From positions 194,744,001 through 194,808,000 of the forward strand of contig NC_058368.1 in assembly GCF_018350175.1 (NCBI RefSeq): 64,000 bases of DNA, written 5' to 3'. How positions within the stretch are numbered: position 1 is the first letter of the stretch; each line of letters begins with the position of its first letter. Below, in pieces: positions 35,986-48,406 of this stretch. The translations under genes were made by a program, and so were the position numbers. The DNA comes from Felis catus. Lineage: Eukaryota. A model generated the notes under the pieces. That model was not told the origin of the DNA. It made no database searches and saw only the letters and a list, made by a program, of their open reading frames with translations.

Positions 35986-36182
35986 GGGGTGCCTGGGTGA
36001 CTCAGTCAGTTAAGCATCTGACTTCAGCTCAGGCCATGATCTCACGGTTAGTAAGTTCGAGATCTATGCTGACAGTGTAGAGCCTGCTTGGGATTCTCTC
36101 TCTGCCCTTCCCCTGCTTGTATTTTCCCTCTCTCAATAAATAAATAAGTAAGTAAGTAAATAAATAAATACATTAAAAAAAA
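35986..36182 (+). mobile_element. CanSINE
   Basis: Head ggggtgcctgggtgactcag; (TAAA/TAAG)n tail. Confidence 0.92.
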
Positions 36183-36639
36183 CAAACATCAAATTGTGAG
36201 GAAATGTCTCTCGTTTCTTTGAGAAATATTTCATTGCGCACCAGTGTTGTCGTCATCATTATCATCGTCCTCTTTAAATAAGTTTGGCATTTTTGTGATG
36301 GCCTTTCTTTTCCTAGGGGGTTTTCAAAAATAAATAGGTAGATATGAAGATATGAAGATAAATAGGTAGATAGGTAGATAGGTAGATAGATAACCCAAAA
36401 GAAGCAGAGGAGAAACATTTAATGTGTCAAGCACATGTGTCAAGGGCACAAGAGCTCTAAGAACAGGCTCAGCCATTTGCTGGCTGTGACCTTGAACAAG
36501 TCATTCAATCTACTAAGGATCACCGGCAAAATGGAGGGAATGCCCTTCACCTTGCCCACTGCACAAAGGTGTCACAAGTATCAAGGTAAAGGGGCTCAAC
36601 AAAAACTAAATAATTAAAGGAAGCAAAGGAAGCTATTGA

Positions 36640-37420
36640 AAATTAAAACTTATATTTCCTCTGTCCCAATAATCCCATTTGGGGGGACTCTGTTCTACAA
36701 AAATATAAGCATCTGTATGAAGGGAATTATGAACGAGGTTATGTCTTACAGTTCAGTTGGTATAGGAACAGGAAAGGGAAGGAGGGAATGAACATAAGAG
36801 GGAAGGAAAAGAGAACAAATCTGAACAGTATTTGACTGTCTTTAAATAGAGGATTAGTCAAATAAGTTAATGGTATTTCCATACAATGGAATATTATAAA
36901 GCTATTATTATTTGTGTTAGACTTATATATCCTAACCTAGAATCTTTTTCTTGACGTATCACTAAGTCAGAAAAACAAGTAATATACAGAGTTTTGGTTT
37001 ATTCTTTTATTAAAAAAAAAAAAAAGGAAGGGGCACCTGGGTGGCTCAGTCCGTTGAGTGTCCAACTTTTGGTTTCAGCTCAGCTCCCAGTTGGTGGAAT
37101 AGAGCCCTGCATCCAGCTCTGTGCTGACAGCACACAGCCTGCTTGGGATTCTCTCTCTGTCTCTCTCTGTTCCTCCCCTACTAGCACTCTCTCTCTCTCT
37201 CTCTCAAAGTAAATAAACATTTTTTTAAAAAAAAGAAAGTAAAAGGGGAAGAAATTTTTATACTTCTAGGAGCATTCTTTAAGTGTGGAAAAGAGCAAAC
37301 AACATTGGTTATGTGGGGAGGGGAGGGTTAAGCATGGATAGAGGGAGATTATAAATGTTTTTTTCCTGCACCTCTGAATTGTTTGACAAAGAAAAATAAA
37401 TACATATTACTTTCATAATG
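36640..37420 (+). mobile_element. Old L1 (L1ME-like) 3' fragment, interrupted by a SINE
   Basis: 'tggtatttccatacaatggaatattat..gctatta', 'cccaataatccca'. Confidence 0.6.
37030..37240 (+). mobile_element. CanSINE
   Basis: Standard structure. Confidence 0.92.
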
Positions 37421-38468
37421 TGAAAAATCTAATAGACTTGAGGGAAGGGAAGCAGAGAGGGAGGAAGCCAAGAGAGAGTAGGAGGAAAAGGGAAAAGAGA
37501 GAGAGAGAGAGAAAAAAGAAAGAGATTTAAGATCCTTGATCAAAGTAGAGCGAAACACCTTATTGGTCTACAGGGTTTCCAGGATCTTTCCTGGTCCTTT
37601 ATGGATATTTGGACTTTTAGACATGGCATTGACCAAATAAATCATGACTCTTTGAAACCACCTAGTCCTTCTTCAGAGTCTGCCAAGCTCCAGGGGTCCA
37701 GAGAGAAACATTTCTTTGTTGTTCCAATTCAGTGTGGGTTTTTATTTTCTGAGCTGAATGTTTAGGCGACTCCTCTGAATCTCAGCTGTGAAACTTCCTC
37801 TGGTTATCATCTTGACTATTCTCTACTTGATATGGGAGTTTCTCATCCCCCTGGAGCTTTTTGGAGATTTCCCTGGAGGAAGAGACACGGAGAGATCCTG
37901 TATTTCTGAGTCCTTGGCCAGCATGACACCAGAGTGCACACGCATTGTCTCCCTGCCTTTCCTCAGCTCAGCTCCCGGGTTCCACACCAGCCGAGTGTGG
38001 ACGTTTTAGTAGACACCACGGCAGCTACTGAACTTGTACCAGGTGGAAATTGGGACAGCTTCAAGAGTCCTTGGAGGTAGAAATGATGCAGTAGAAAGCA
38101 CTCGGGGCTCAGACACTTTTTAAAATGATAAAAAAGAAAAAAAAGGGTACTGGTCAAAATGCAGAGAGAAGAGCACGCTCAGACCGTGCTGGTGTGAGGA
38201 AATCTCTGAATAGCAGTTTGGTAGCATGTCTAAAGAGTCTGAAAAATGCTCACGCCTGTTAAGCAATATTGTTTCTAAGAAATAATCAAGAAATATCAAA
38301 TAGGTATGTAAGTATTCCACATGGTTATTGTGGGAATTAATAAGTTAATTCATGTAAGGTGCTTAAAATAGTTCCAGGTACCTAAACAGCCCTGGATAAC
38401 TATGAGCTAATACTAATAAGTGTTATTATTTCCCTATGTAAATTTCCCTAGATTTTTAAACCTTCTAC

Positions 38469-38675
38469 GGGGCGCCTGCGTGGCTCAGTCGGTCAAGTGT
38501 CCGAGTTTGGCTCAGGTCATGATCTCACAGTTCATGGGTTCGAGCCCCGTGTCAGGCTCTGTGCTGACTGTTCAGAGCCTGGAGCCTGCTTCAGATTCTG
38601 TATCTTCCTCTCCTCTCTCTCTCCCTTTCCCCTACTTGTATTCTCTCTCTCAAAAATAAATAAATAAACATTAAA
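38469..38675 (+). mobile_element. CanSINE
   Basis: Head ggggcgcctgcgtggctcag. Confidence 0.94.
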
Positions 38676-38676
38676 G

Positions 38677-38712
<36 letters not shown>

Positions 38713-38735
38713 ATACACAAATATATATGTGTGTG

Positions 38736-38778
<43 letters not shown>

Positions 38779-38799
38779 ATGCATGTGTGTGTATGTATA

Positions 38800-38830
<31 letters not shown>

Positions 38831-38833
38831 ATA

Positions 38834-38864
<31 letters not shown>

Positions 38865-38890
38865 ATATAGATAGATAGATATATATATCT
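38677..38890. repeat. Compound microsatellite (TA)n/(CA)n/(TG)n/(TATC)n/(GATA)n
   Basis: Directly visible; adjoins the SINE tail. Confidence 0.97.
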
Positions 38891-38921
38891 TTGCATTATA
38901 TTTATAACCAGAAAAAACTCA

Positions 38922-39104
38922 GGGCACCTGGGCAGCTCAGTCACTTAAGCGTCTAACTTCAGTTCAGGTAATGATCAGGCTCTCTGCTGTCAGCACAGAG
39001 CCTCCTTCCAATCCTGTCCCCCCCTCTCTCTGCCCCTCCCCAGCTTGTTTGTTCATTTCTCTCTCTTTCTCGCTCTCTTTCTCTCCAAATAAATAAACTT
39101 TAAA
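38922..39104 (+). mobile_element. CanSINE (internal deletion)
   Basis: Head gggcacctgggcagctcag; 'ataaccagaaaa' on both sides. Confidence 0.9.
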
Positions 39105-39639
39105 ATAACCAGAAAAGATATTTTAATATAGATGTCAATCCTAAAGAAATAATCCAAAATTTTTAAAAAGTGCCTTATGCCCAAGATGTTCATACCATCA
39201 TTTAGAAGAGTGACAACTTGGAAATAATTTCAATGTACAACAATAAGTGGTTGATTAGGTAATAGGATGCCCCCATGTGATTGAGTACTTTGCAGAAATT
39301 AAATATGATGATCCTGAGGAATTTTAATAGCTTTTGGAAATGCTAATGTTCCTAAGTTAGGAGGGAGAAAGCCTACAAGATTATATACACATACTTTCAA
39401 CCGTGGTCAAAAAGCAATAGGGATGTGGAGGAGCCCGGAAGAGAATCTAACCAAGGGTTAGCTAATACCTCCTTCCTGCACCTAAATCTCAAAGGGGTTC
39501 AATGAATTCCAAGGTACACACACTCAGGGAATGAGCCTGTGATAGTTTCCTAGAACAGGGGGCCCAGAATAGCCCTCTGTCCAGAGGAGTCATGGAAGGT
39601 TAAGGTGGGAAGAAGCATGAACAGCGATGGGGGAGGAGC

Positions 39640-40230
39640 AAGAGTTCAAGCGTAGGACCAGCCAGGTTCAAGTCCGGATTGCACTCGCACTCCTTGGGTG
39701 GCCCCATGCAGGTGATTTGGCCTAAGTAAGTTGGTGGTAACCACAGTGGCTACACCATACGTGACACGAAGCAATGGAATGGCAGCACCTGACACGTTCT
39801 CAGCAGCTGTGAAAAGCGTCAGCAGTGGTGAGGACAGTGGCCTCCCCAGAGTCTCCATCGCGCCGTGAGTCATCTGTGGTCTTAAGAGATGAAGACTCGT
39901 ACAAGTCACACGCCAGAACAACCAAAACCGACCCCAAACCTCCAAATTTCCTTTCTCTGGCCCGGAACAGCCTCCCCAGAGTCTTGTCTCTTCTTGGTTC
40001 GTGCCCTCCAACCCTGACTTCCTCTTCGCAAACAGCTGAAATTATCACTTTGATATTTAAAAACGAAAGCCGCTGTCAAGTGCCCAAAGTAATAAATGTT
40101 TTAGAGTTTCAATGAAATTAAATGTAGGAAAGCCGGATCCCATTCCTCTGTCTAATGAGTCACACAGACCCATCACCCCACCATCCATTAATTCTAACAA
40201 GGTCAGCTCATTAGTGCAGTCTCCTTGTGA
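39640..40230. promoter_or_regulatory. Candidate enhancer (dense transcription-factor motif cluster in unique sequence)
   Basis: AP-1 TGAGTCA 39866 and 40156, TCF/LEF CTTTGAT 40048, MEIS CTGTCA 40073, NKX TCAAGTG 40076, HOX/CDX GTAATAAA 40089, TEAD CATTCC 40141, NR CAAGGTCA 40198. Motif evidence only. Confidence 0.35.
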
Positions 40231-40539
40231 CTGGGTAATGAACCTGCACAGGAGTGTGTGGGGAGCAGACCCACAGAGAAACCTGCAGCTAGGGCCTCTG
40301 GAGTTTCTGTGCCATTTCTCCTGCCCATCAAAACTCAGGCCTCAGAGCTGAGGGAGGTTCAGCCACACGAAGGCCACAGGTCCCAAGGGAAACTTCTGAA
40401 ATCTGCACATCTAGCCTAGAAGCCACCAAGTCCCCACACTGGTTTCTCCTGATGCTGGAGAACAGCATTCTTCCATAGTTGTTTCCTACCTGCTGTGTCT
40501 CTCCCAAGCCAGAATCTCAAGTTCTTAAGGAAAGACACC

Positions 40540-40730
40540 TTAATACATATTGATTGTCTACTGCGTCAGGCACAATGCTAGATGCCATTTCATCACCATC
40601 TTAAAGACGAGGAAAATGAGTCTCAGCCTCAGAATGGTTGAGTAGCTTTCCCAAGGACACACAGCTTATAAGTAGCTGTGGGATTGAATTTGAGCCCTGC
40701 CTGACTCCCAACCCCATTGTATTAACTACA
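40540..40730 (-). mobile_element. MIR
   Basis: 'tcaggcacaatgctag..gacgaggaaaatgag..ttcccaaggacacacagctt..tgcctgactcc'. Confidence 0.75.
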
Positions 40731-41196
40731 CAGTTTTCATCTCTTTTTTGGTAAGCATTCCAAACGAGTTAAAAACAGAGATCTCAGGACAAGAACCACC
40801 TGCTGTATCTCCAGCATATTTTCTATGGCTGATGTGAGGATTAAGTGAGATAATGGAGTAAAAGCACTTGACATAATACAGAGTTTACTGGTCCTAAAAC
40901 AGAGGTAAATACAATTATAATGTGGGGAACTTCTTGGTGATCAATACACATTCAGAATGATAAAACTTTATATCTGGAGAGACTTCAGAAAACATCTGTC
41001 ATAACGGTCTCATTTTATGGAGAAAAAAATAACTTGGCTAAGAGGACAAAACTAATTAAAAACAAAAGTGGGGTTGACTTCAAGTCTGGCTCTCCCTTCT
41101 CTTCAACTGTGGTTTTTACACCCTGTTTCCTATAGTGCTGGAGTTTTGCAGAGTTTCGGGGAGGTTCCTACAGAACATAGAAGGAAAGAAAGAGAT

Positions 41197-41650
41197 GGGG
41201 TGTCTGTGTGGCTCAGTCATTTAAGCATCCACCTTCGGCTCAGGTCACGATCTCAGGGTTCATGAGTTCGAGCCCCACCTCAGGCTCTCTCCACTGTCAG
41301 TGCAGAGCCCTCTTTGGGTCCTCTGTCCCCCTCTCTCTCTGCCCCACCCCTGGTCCCCCCCCCCTCACAAATAAACTTTTTAAAAAAAAAAAAAGAAGGG
41401 GGGCGCCTGGGTGGCTCGGTCAGTTAAGCGTCCGACTTCGGCTCAGGTCATGATCTCACGGTCCGTGGGTTCAAGCCCCGCGTCGGGCTCTGTGCTGACA
41501 GCTCAGAGCCTGGAGCCTGTTTCAGATTCTGTGTCTCCCTCTCTCTCTCTGCCCCTCCCCCGTTCATGCTCTGTCTCTCTCTGTCGCAAAAATAAATAAA
41601 CGTTAAAAAAAAGTTTTTTTAATAAAAAAATAAAAAAATAAATAAAAAAA
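41197..41650 (+). mobile_element. Two tandem CanSINEs (41197-41394 older; 41399-41650 young and CpG-rich)
   Basis: Two heads and two A tails; the second is near consensus. Confidence 0.94.
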
Positions 41651-42688
41651 GAAGGAAAGTAAAAGGGGCCATAATCCCCCCCCCAAGATGTCGTCCTGCT
41701 AACCAGAATAGCTCTGCTTTTATCCATGTTTAAAGTGGGCTTCTGCACAAGAGTTTACGTGATAACCAGATTCTGCTGCTTAAAAAAAATAAAGTTTGAA
41801 AAGTAGACGTTCTATTTCGTTGTCGAATCATGCAGAACAATGTAGAAACTGATGGGGCAAATGAACAGAAAATGAAGACAAAGATTTTCCTGATATGATT
41901 AATATGCTAGAGCTAGTAGAATATATGAAACTTTACACCCACCAGATGAAGATCATCAATGCTTTTCATGCACTCATGGAACTCTTACAAAAATAAAGGA
42001 CACAAAGGAAGGCTCCAAATATCCCGAAGAACCACTCTCTTACAGACCATGTCTTCTGACCACAGCAGAATAAAATTAATAATATTTATTACAGCTTTAA
42101 AATTCCACGGGTCTGAAAACTAAAACAATAATACTGTTACTGCATAATTCTTGGGTTAAATTCTTGAGTGAAATGGCAAAACGCTTGTAATTAAAAAGCA
42201 ATGAAATCAATATAGATGTTGACATTTGTAGATAATGCCAAAAGCAGTACAAAAAAGAAAAAATGATAGCTTTAAACATAATGAATGGAAAACAATAAAA
42301 ATTAAAAGTAATCAAGCTAAGTGTTCAACTCAAGACTATAAAAGAGTATCAGATATAGCAAAAGACAATAGGATGAATTAAATAAAAAATAAAGAAACCA
42401 ATGAATAAAGAAATTTTAAATTACAAAAATTTAAAGCCCCCAAAAGCAAGTCTTTGAAAAGAACAATAATGTAGACAGACCTCTGGAATGACTGACTTAA
42501 AAATTAAAAAGATAGCAGTAAGTGATGTTTAGAATTGCTGAATCATTATATTAGGCACCTAAAACAAATCTAACACTATGTTAACTATTCTTCAGTAAAA
42601 AAAGAAAAAAAATTAAAAGATAGAATGCCAATTTTTAAAACCATACATTGATAACAGATAAATAATTTTTATTTAAAAATTAAGAATT

Positions 42689-42915
42689 GGAGTGCCTGGG
42701 CCACTCAGTCAGTGGGTGTCCAGCTCTCGATTTCAGTTGAGGTTATGAACTTACGGTCTGTGGGACCAAGCCCTGCATTGGGCTCTGCACTGACAGCACG
42801 GGGCCTGTTTAGGATTCTCTCTCTCCCTCTCTGTCTCTGTTCCTCCCCCACTTGTGTGTGCATGTGCTTTCTCTCCCTCTTCCTCAAAATAAATAAGTAA
42901 ACTTTTAAAAAAATT
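42689..42915 (+). mobile_element. CanSINE
   Basis: Diverged head and body with A tail. Confidence 0.9.
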
Positions 42916-43687
42916 AAAAATTAAAATTCAAAATTATATGTCAAAAATCAAAAATCTAAATATGTAAATTTCTTAATATATAATTACCAAAATTGGTGCA
43001 AAAAAAGAAATATAATATTTAAATAATCTCACTAGTTATTAAAGAAATTAAGATGATAATAAAAGTCCTTCCATCCCTCCAATAAAGGCCTGGGGCTCAG
43101 GTAATTCTACAGAAGAGTTCTAACAAACTTTCAAGAAAAAGATAATGATCCCTCTTTTATACACAATGTTTTAAAGAAAGAGAAGGAAGGAAGGAAGGAA
43201 CGGAGGGAGGAAGAGAGGGAGGGAGGAAGGAAGAGGGAAAGATTTCCAATTTTTATGAAGCTTATATAAATTTTACCAAAAAACTAGACAAGAACATCAC
43301 AAGTAAAGGAACATTATCTGCCTATTCATTCAAACACATATATGAAAAGTATGAGTAAAATGTTAGCTTTTTTCCCCAAAACCATCTATCATAATCAAGT
43401 AGGATTTATTCAAGACAGCTAAGTATGGTTTAACATGAGAAGCAACTATCAATGCAATTCTCTACAATCAAGGGCAAGAGGAGAAAATTTGCATTGTTAT
43501 CTTGATAGTTACAGAAAAGGCATCTTATAAAATATTATACTAATTGTGAAACTCCCAGGAAACTGGGAGTTGAAGAATTTCCTTAACTTGATAAAAAACT
43601 ATATTCCATAAATCTATATCCAATATTCAACCTAATGAAAACCTTTTAGATATATTACCTTGATATCTTCAAATCAAGGATAAGCTA

Positions 43688-43880
43688 GGGCACCTGAGTG
43701 GCTCAGTCAGCTAAGTGTCTCTCGATTTCCGCTCAGGTCACGATCTCATGGTTTCAGAGATGGATCCCTGCCTCAGGCCTGGCCCTGATCATGGAGCCTG
43801 CTTAAGGTTCTCTCTCTTCCTCTCTCTCTGCCCCTTCCCCATTCGAACGCATGCACTCTCAAAAATAAAGAAAGAAAATC
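43688..43880 (+). mobile_element. CanSINE
   Basis: TSD atcaaggataagct at ~43673-43686 and 43891-43904. Confidence 0.92.
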
Positions 43881-44532
43881 TTTTCTAAACATCAAGGATA
43901 AGCTGGCATCTCACCTATCACCAGTACCTTTCAAAATAATAGTGGAAACTGCCCCATTGAAGAAGACAAGAAAAAAATAAAAGCCTAATATAAGAAGGGA
44001 AGAAACAAAACTATCAATGTTAGCAGATGACAGAATCGTCTATACATAAAATAACCACAGCATCAAGAAACAAATCAATAGAACTAACCAGAATTTGGTA
44101 AGATTGCCAGATTTAAGATAAATTTATAAAACGCAACAGCAAGTGTGCACGAGCAATAACCAATAGAAAACAGAAATTTGTTTGTAATAGCAACAAAAAT
44201 AATAAAATGGCTAGGAACAATAAAGGAAAAATGTACAATACCATTATTTTAAAATACAATAATAGCAACAAGGAAGACATGAAAAAATAGAGATTAATGT
44301 TCACAGATATAATAATTCACATTTGTAATTATCTCGATTTTCCCATGTTTATCTATTAACTCTGTGCAATTCTAATTAAAATTCCAGTAGAATTTCCTGA
44401 GAAATTTGACAAATCACACCCTTCAAATAAGTCCTCTTCCCTTCCTAAAACTAAGCAAGTCAGTTTAAATGTCTTATAAATGAAAGAAAGAAAAATGTAA
44501 CATGCGTGACTAGAATTTAAGAAAGGAGACCA

Positions 44533-44745
44533 GGGGCGCCTGGGTGGCTCAGTCGGTTGAGCAACCAACTTTGGCTCAGGTCATGATCTCACAGTTTGTG
44601 AGTTCGAGCCCCACGTCGGGCTCTGTGCTGACAGCTCAGAGCCTGGAGCCTGCTTCTGATTCTGTGTCTCTCTCTCTGCCCCTCCCCTGCTCATGTTCTG
44701 TCTCTCTCTGTCTCATAAATAAATAAACATAAAAAAATTTTAAAA
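44533..44745 (+). mobile_element. CanSINE
   Basis: Head ggggcgcctgggtggctcagtcgg. Confidence 0.95.
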
Positions 44746-44764
44746 AAGAAAGAAAGAAAGAAAG

Positions 44765-44815
<51 letters not shown>

Positions 44816-44816
44816 G

Positions 44817-44915
<99 letters not shown>
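44746..44915 (+). repeat. (GAAA)n-(GA)n-(GAAA)n compound microsatellite
   Basis: About 170 bp of pure purine between two SINEs. Confidence 0.97.
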
Positions 44916-44920
44916 CCAGA

Positions 44921-45125
44921 GGGGTGCCTGGGTGGCTCAGTGGATTAAGCATCTGACTCTTGGTTTTGGCTCACGTCATGATCTCTCAGTTTGTGAGATC
45001 AAGCCCCGCACCCAGCTCTGTGCTGACAGTGCAAAGCCTGCTTGGAATCTTCTCTCTGTCTTTCTCTGCTCCTCCCCTGTGAGTGTGCTCTCTCTCTCAA
45101 AATAAATAAATAAACATTTTTAAAA
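44921..45125 (+). mobile_element. CanSINE
   Basis: Standard structure. Confidence 0.93.
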
Positions 45126-45339
45126 GAGAGAGAGAAAGAAGGCCTAGAGACCAGGACAATGATGACGAGACTCTTCAAGACTTAATTTTTATAGCATCCA
45201 CGTCTGTCATTGTTATGATTCCCCATTCTCTACGACCTCAGTTTCTCAATCTGCAAAGAGATCTCCAGCCATGTTTTCCAAAGCATTGTCTATTTCAAAG
45301 CACCAACTAGGGTTAGTGTTGGGAAGTCAGAATCCTATC

Positions 45340-45900
45340 CTGCCCAGGCCTTCTGGAGTGAGTATATTCTGCTTCTGGTCTTCCTTGCTTCTGCATTCTT
45401 TTTTTAATGAAACTATCCCTTTCCTACACCCAAGTGATTCTGGTGATGCTATACTCAAGTGACCCAATTTCCTCTACCATTCAGGGCGCCAACATATATA
45501 CCCCATCTCTTTGAACACCTCTGTTGTGGGCATGTGACCCAAGCAAAGCTAATCAGAGTCCATTTTAGGGGTTGATATGAAACATAAAGAAAGAATGTGG
45601 CATTCCTTCCTGTGGATGAATATCTGTGATCAATAGCCTGTATCAACTATACAAGCCTAGAGTTCCCATACATATTTTTACCACCATGTCAAGAAAGCAC
45701 TACCAAAAACAAAGCCAATATATACATAAGAACTTTTACAAAGAGAGAGAAGGAGCTTTGATAATATTTTAACCACCATGCCTGAAGCCACCCCACCCCT
45801 CGATTCCCAAGTAGGAGAGCCATTAACGGTTGTTTTGTTTTTGCTTATGCCGGTTTGAGTTGGACTTCTATCACTTGTAACAGAAAGAGCCTTAACTACT
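45340..45900 (+). mobile_element. MaLR LTR (MLT1K-like)
   Basis: 'gggcatgtgacccaagc..ctaatcagagtc', 'catgcctgaagcc', 'ggtttgagttgg..tctatcacttgtaacagaaagagcctta'. Confidence 0.7.
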
Positions 45901-46039
45901 CTGTGCAAGCTCCCTGGGAGAATCTGATGCATAACAAAGTTGGAGAATTAAAGTATTACTTCCTTAGGATCTAAATGGCAAAAAGGGAAAGAGAGCAGGA
46001 TACTGGATTTAAACAAAACGAGCATACAACTCATGATCT

Positions 46040-46470
46040 AGCCCTTGTCTGCCCCCCAGCTTAGATTCATGCCATTTTGTACCTCTCCCACATTGAGCTC
46101 TTTTTACTTCCTCCAACAGGACGTTGCTCACCTCAGGACATTTGCATGTGTTTGTCCCATCATTCTTCAACACAGCTGGCTGATTCTGTTTCCAGTTCCC
46201 AGATTAACTCTCAAAGGGTCCTTCCCTGACTGGACTATGGAAAGGAGGTCATCTCTGTCATTATCCACAACCTTAATCACCTTGTCTTTAATCCATAGCT
46301 TTCACCAAATGTTTACTTAGTAGCAAACTTGCTTCTGTCTGCTTCCCCTTTTAGAATATAAGCTCCAAGAGAGAAAGGACTGAGTCTGCCTTGGTCACCA
46401 TTGTCTTCCCCATGCCTGCCACAGAGCCCGACACCAGCAGGGTTCTCAATAAATACATTTGAGTATGTAA
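46040..46470 (+). mobile_element. L2 3' end
   Basis: 'cctcaggacatttgcatgtg', 'agaatataagctccaagagag..ggact', 'ttctcaataaatacatttgag'. Confidence 0.8.
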
Positions 46471-48157
46471 ACAGATCACCACAATCTAGGCACTCACCTG
46501 CTAGCCCCCTTTTCCTCGGGAAAAGCAAGGAAGGGAAGTCAGCATCAGTTTTTACTTCTTTTGGTTGAGTCAACCAACAAGGAAGGAAGAGAAGGGGCTA
46601 GGAAAGGAAATGGAGAATTTGTCTGCACGAGAATTTGCAGAGGCTTGTACCATGCCAACCCTGTGCATGCTCCTAAAAGGAAAACCGCAGGTAACCCACA
46701 GCAAGATGTGGTCCCTGTCTCCAAAGCGCTTCTTGTCTGGCTGCAGAAACAGTTAAAACGAGGAGCCGGGGGTGGGAGGCACAGAAGGAAAAACCCAAAC
46801 ACCACCAACTTCAAAAGTACGCTTCATCTTTACAGACACTATTAGCATCTTATGGCAAAATCATTTGTGAACCTAATAGAAAACACAGAGAGGAAAAGAA
46901 CAGACGCATCTCTACCCCACCAAGGGGAAAAAGCTGCAATTAAACTGACATCCCTTATTCAACAGCCTGCAGGCTCTACGGCTGGGCTCAGGGTTGGTGC
47001 TGCGTCTCTCCCTTCCTCCGTAACCTAGTCTCATTTTCTCCTTCTGGCGTCTTATTGCAGTAATAGGTTTGTTATTATAGCTCTGAAGTCAGGCGACACG
47101 CAAGAGCAGGGGAAATGAGAGGAAGAGAAAAGAAAGCCGAACGTGAACAGACGGCCTCTTGCCTGAGAGCTCTGGCTACATTAAGATACAGAGGGAGGGA
47201 CAAGTCCTCCTGCCCGTATTTGCCTTTCTCCTTCTGTGGCACTGTCTGAAATGAGCTGCAGGGCAACACAAGAGGCTTTCTTTGGGGATGCGTCTGTTCG
47301 GGTCCCTGAAAGAATTACATTATATTCAAGAGACACATACTTAGTTCCCCATCAGGTGGGGGAAGAGGGAGGAGGCTTACAGTCAATGTCCGTCCTCTGC
47401 CAGGCTCTGCTCTGGGTGCTGATAAAAAACACTGATAAAGAAGAAAGCCAGTGCCCCGGCTCTCACGCTGCATCTATACTCACAGGGAGAGAGACAAATA
47501 AATTAGATAGATAAGAAAGTAAAAAGACAAAACAAATAAAAATACAAGACCACAGAAATAGATGCAGGCAAGCCTAAAATTCCATCCTGCCTAGAACATG
47601 TTCTACAGGGAAAACTGACCCTGCAGAAAACCATCCGCACCTGCAGACCAGTAAACAGGAGTCTGGAAGGTGGAAAACCCCCGAGAATGGATGAGCGGCA
47701 CTCTCAGAAGACAGAGGGGATCCTCACTTCAATCTGCTGACTTACCAGCCACCAGGACTTGCGGGCTGGGGCTTCCAATGAGAAAAAAATGCCACCCTGT
47801 CCCCTGCTTTGTGTAGCTGGCTTCGTGCACTGAAACTCTTCATTCTTTTAATTACACTAAAGAAACGTGTGTCCTTTGCCTGGGTCTGTTAGTATCTCTT
47901 CATCAGTCACAGTCACCCTTGAGACAACCATACACAGATAATTTCAGAGAGTGACAGAAGTCTAAGAAGAAAACAAAACCAAAGAATGTGACATTGAGTG
48001 CCTGGGAAGAGGACGGCAATATTAACTAGGATGCACAGGGAAGGCCTCTCTGAGGAGGGAATGAAATGAGGCAACCAGGCCATGATCAGAAAGTGCAGCA
48101 AAGGCAAAAAACCTGGAAGTAGGAGCAAGAGGAGCAGTGGAGGAGCAGAGCGAAGGT

Positions 48158-48335
48158 CACGTGCTAACGTGTGGTTAGCCAGACCAGCAACGTCAGCATC
48201 CTGCGGGAACTCACCAGAAATCAGCACCCCTGGGTCTCACACAAGCCTCAGAAACTCTGGGTGTGGACCCCAGCCATGTGCATTTAACAAGCCCTCTGGG
48301 CAGTTCTGAGGCATGCTCCAGTGTGACAACCACTA
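48158..48335. mobile_element. MER5A
   Basis: 'gaccagcaacgtcagcatc..gggaactc..agaaat', 'tcagaaactctggg..tttaacaagccctc..ttctga..gcatgctc..agtgtgacaaccact'. Confidence 0.8.
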
Positions 48336-48406
48336 GGCTAGAACAAAGAGAAGAGTGGATTTATACAAGAGTTGAGGCAATGCATCCTTTAGAAGTGAAT
48401 TGCCAG

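Larger units (their letters stand above)
41880..44460 (+). mobile_element. Old, highly degraded L1 ORF2 region with nested SINEs and a short L1 3' end (42519-42605)
   Basis: 'tacagaccatgtcttctgaccacagcagaataaaatt', 'tctttgaaaag..aatgtagacagacctctgg', 'atcataatcaagtaggatttatt', 'ttagcagatgac..atcgtctatac'. Confidence 0.75.
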
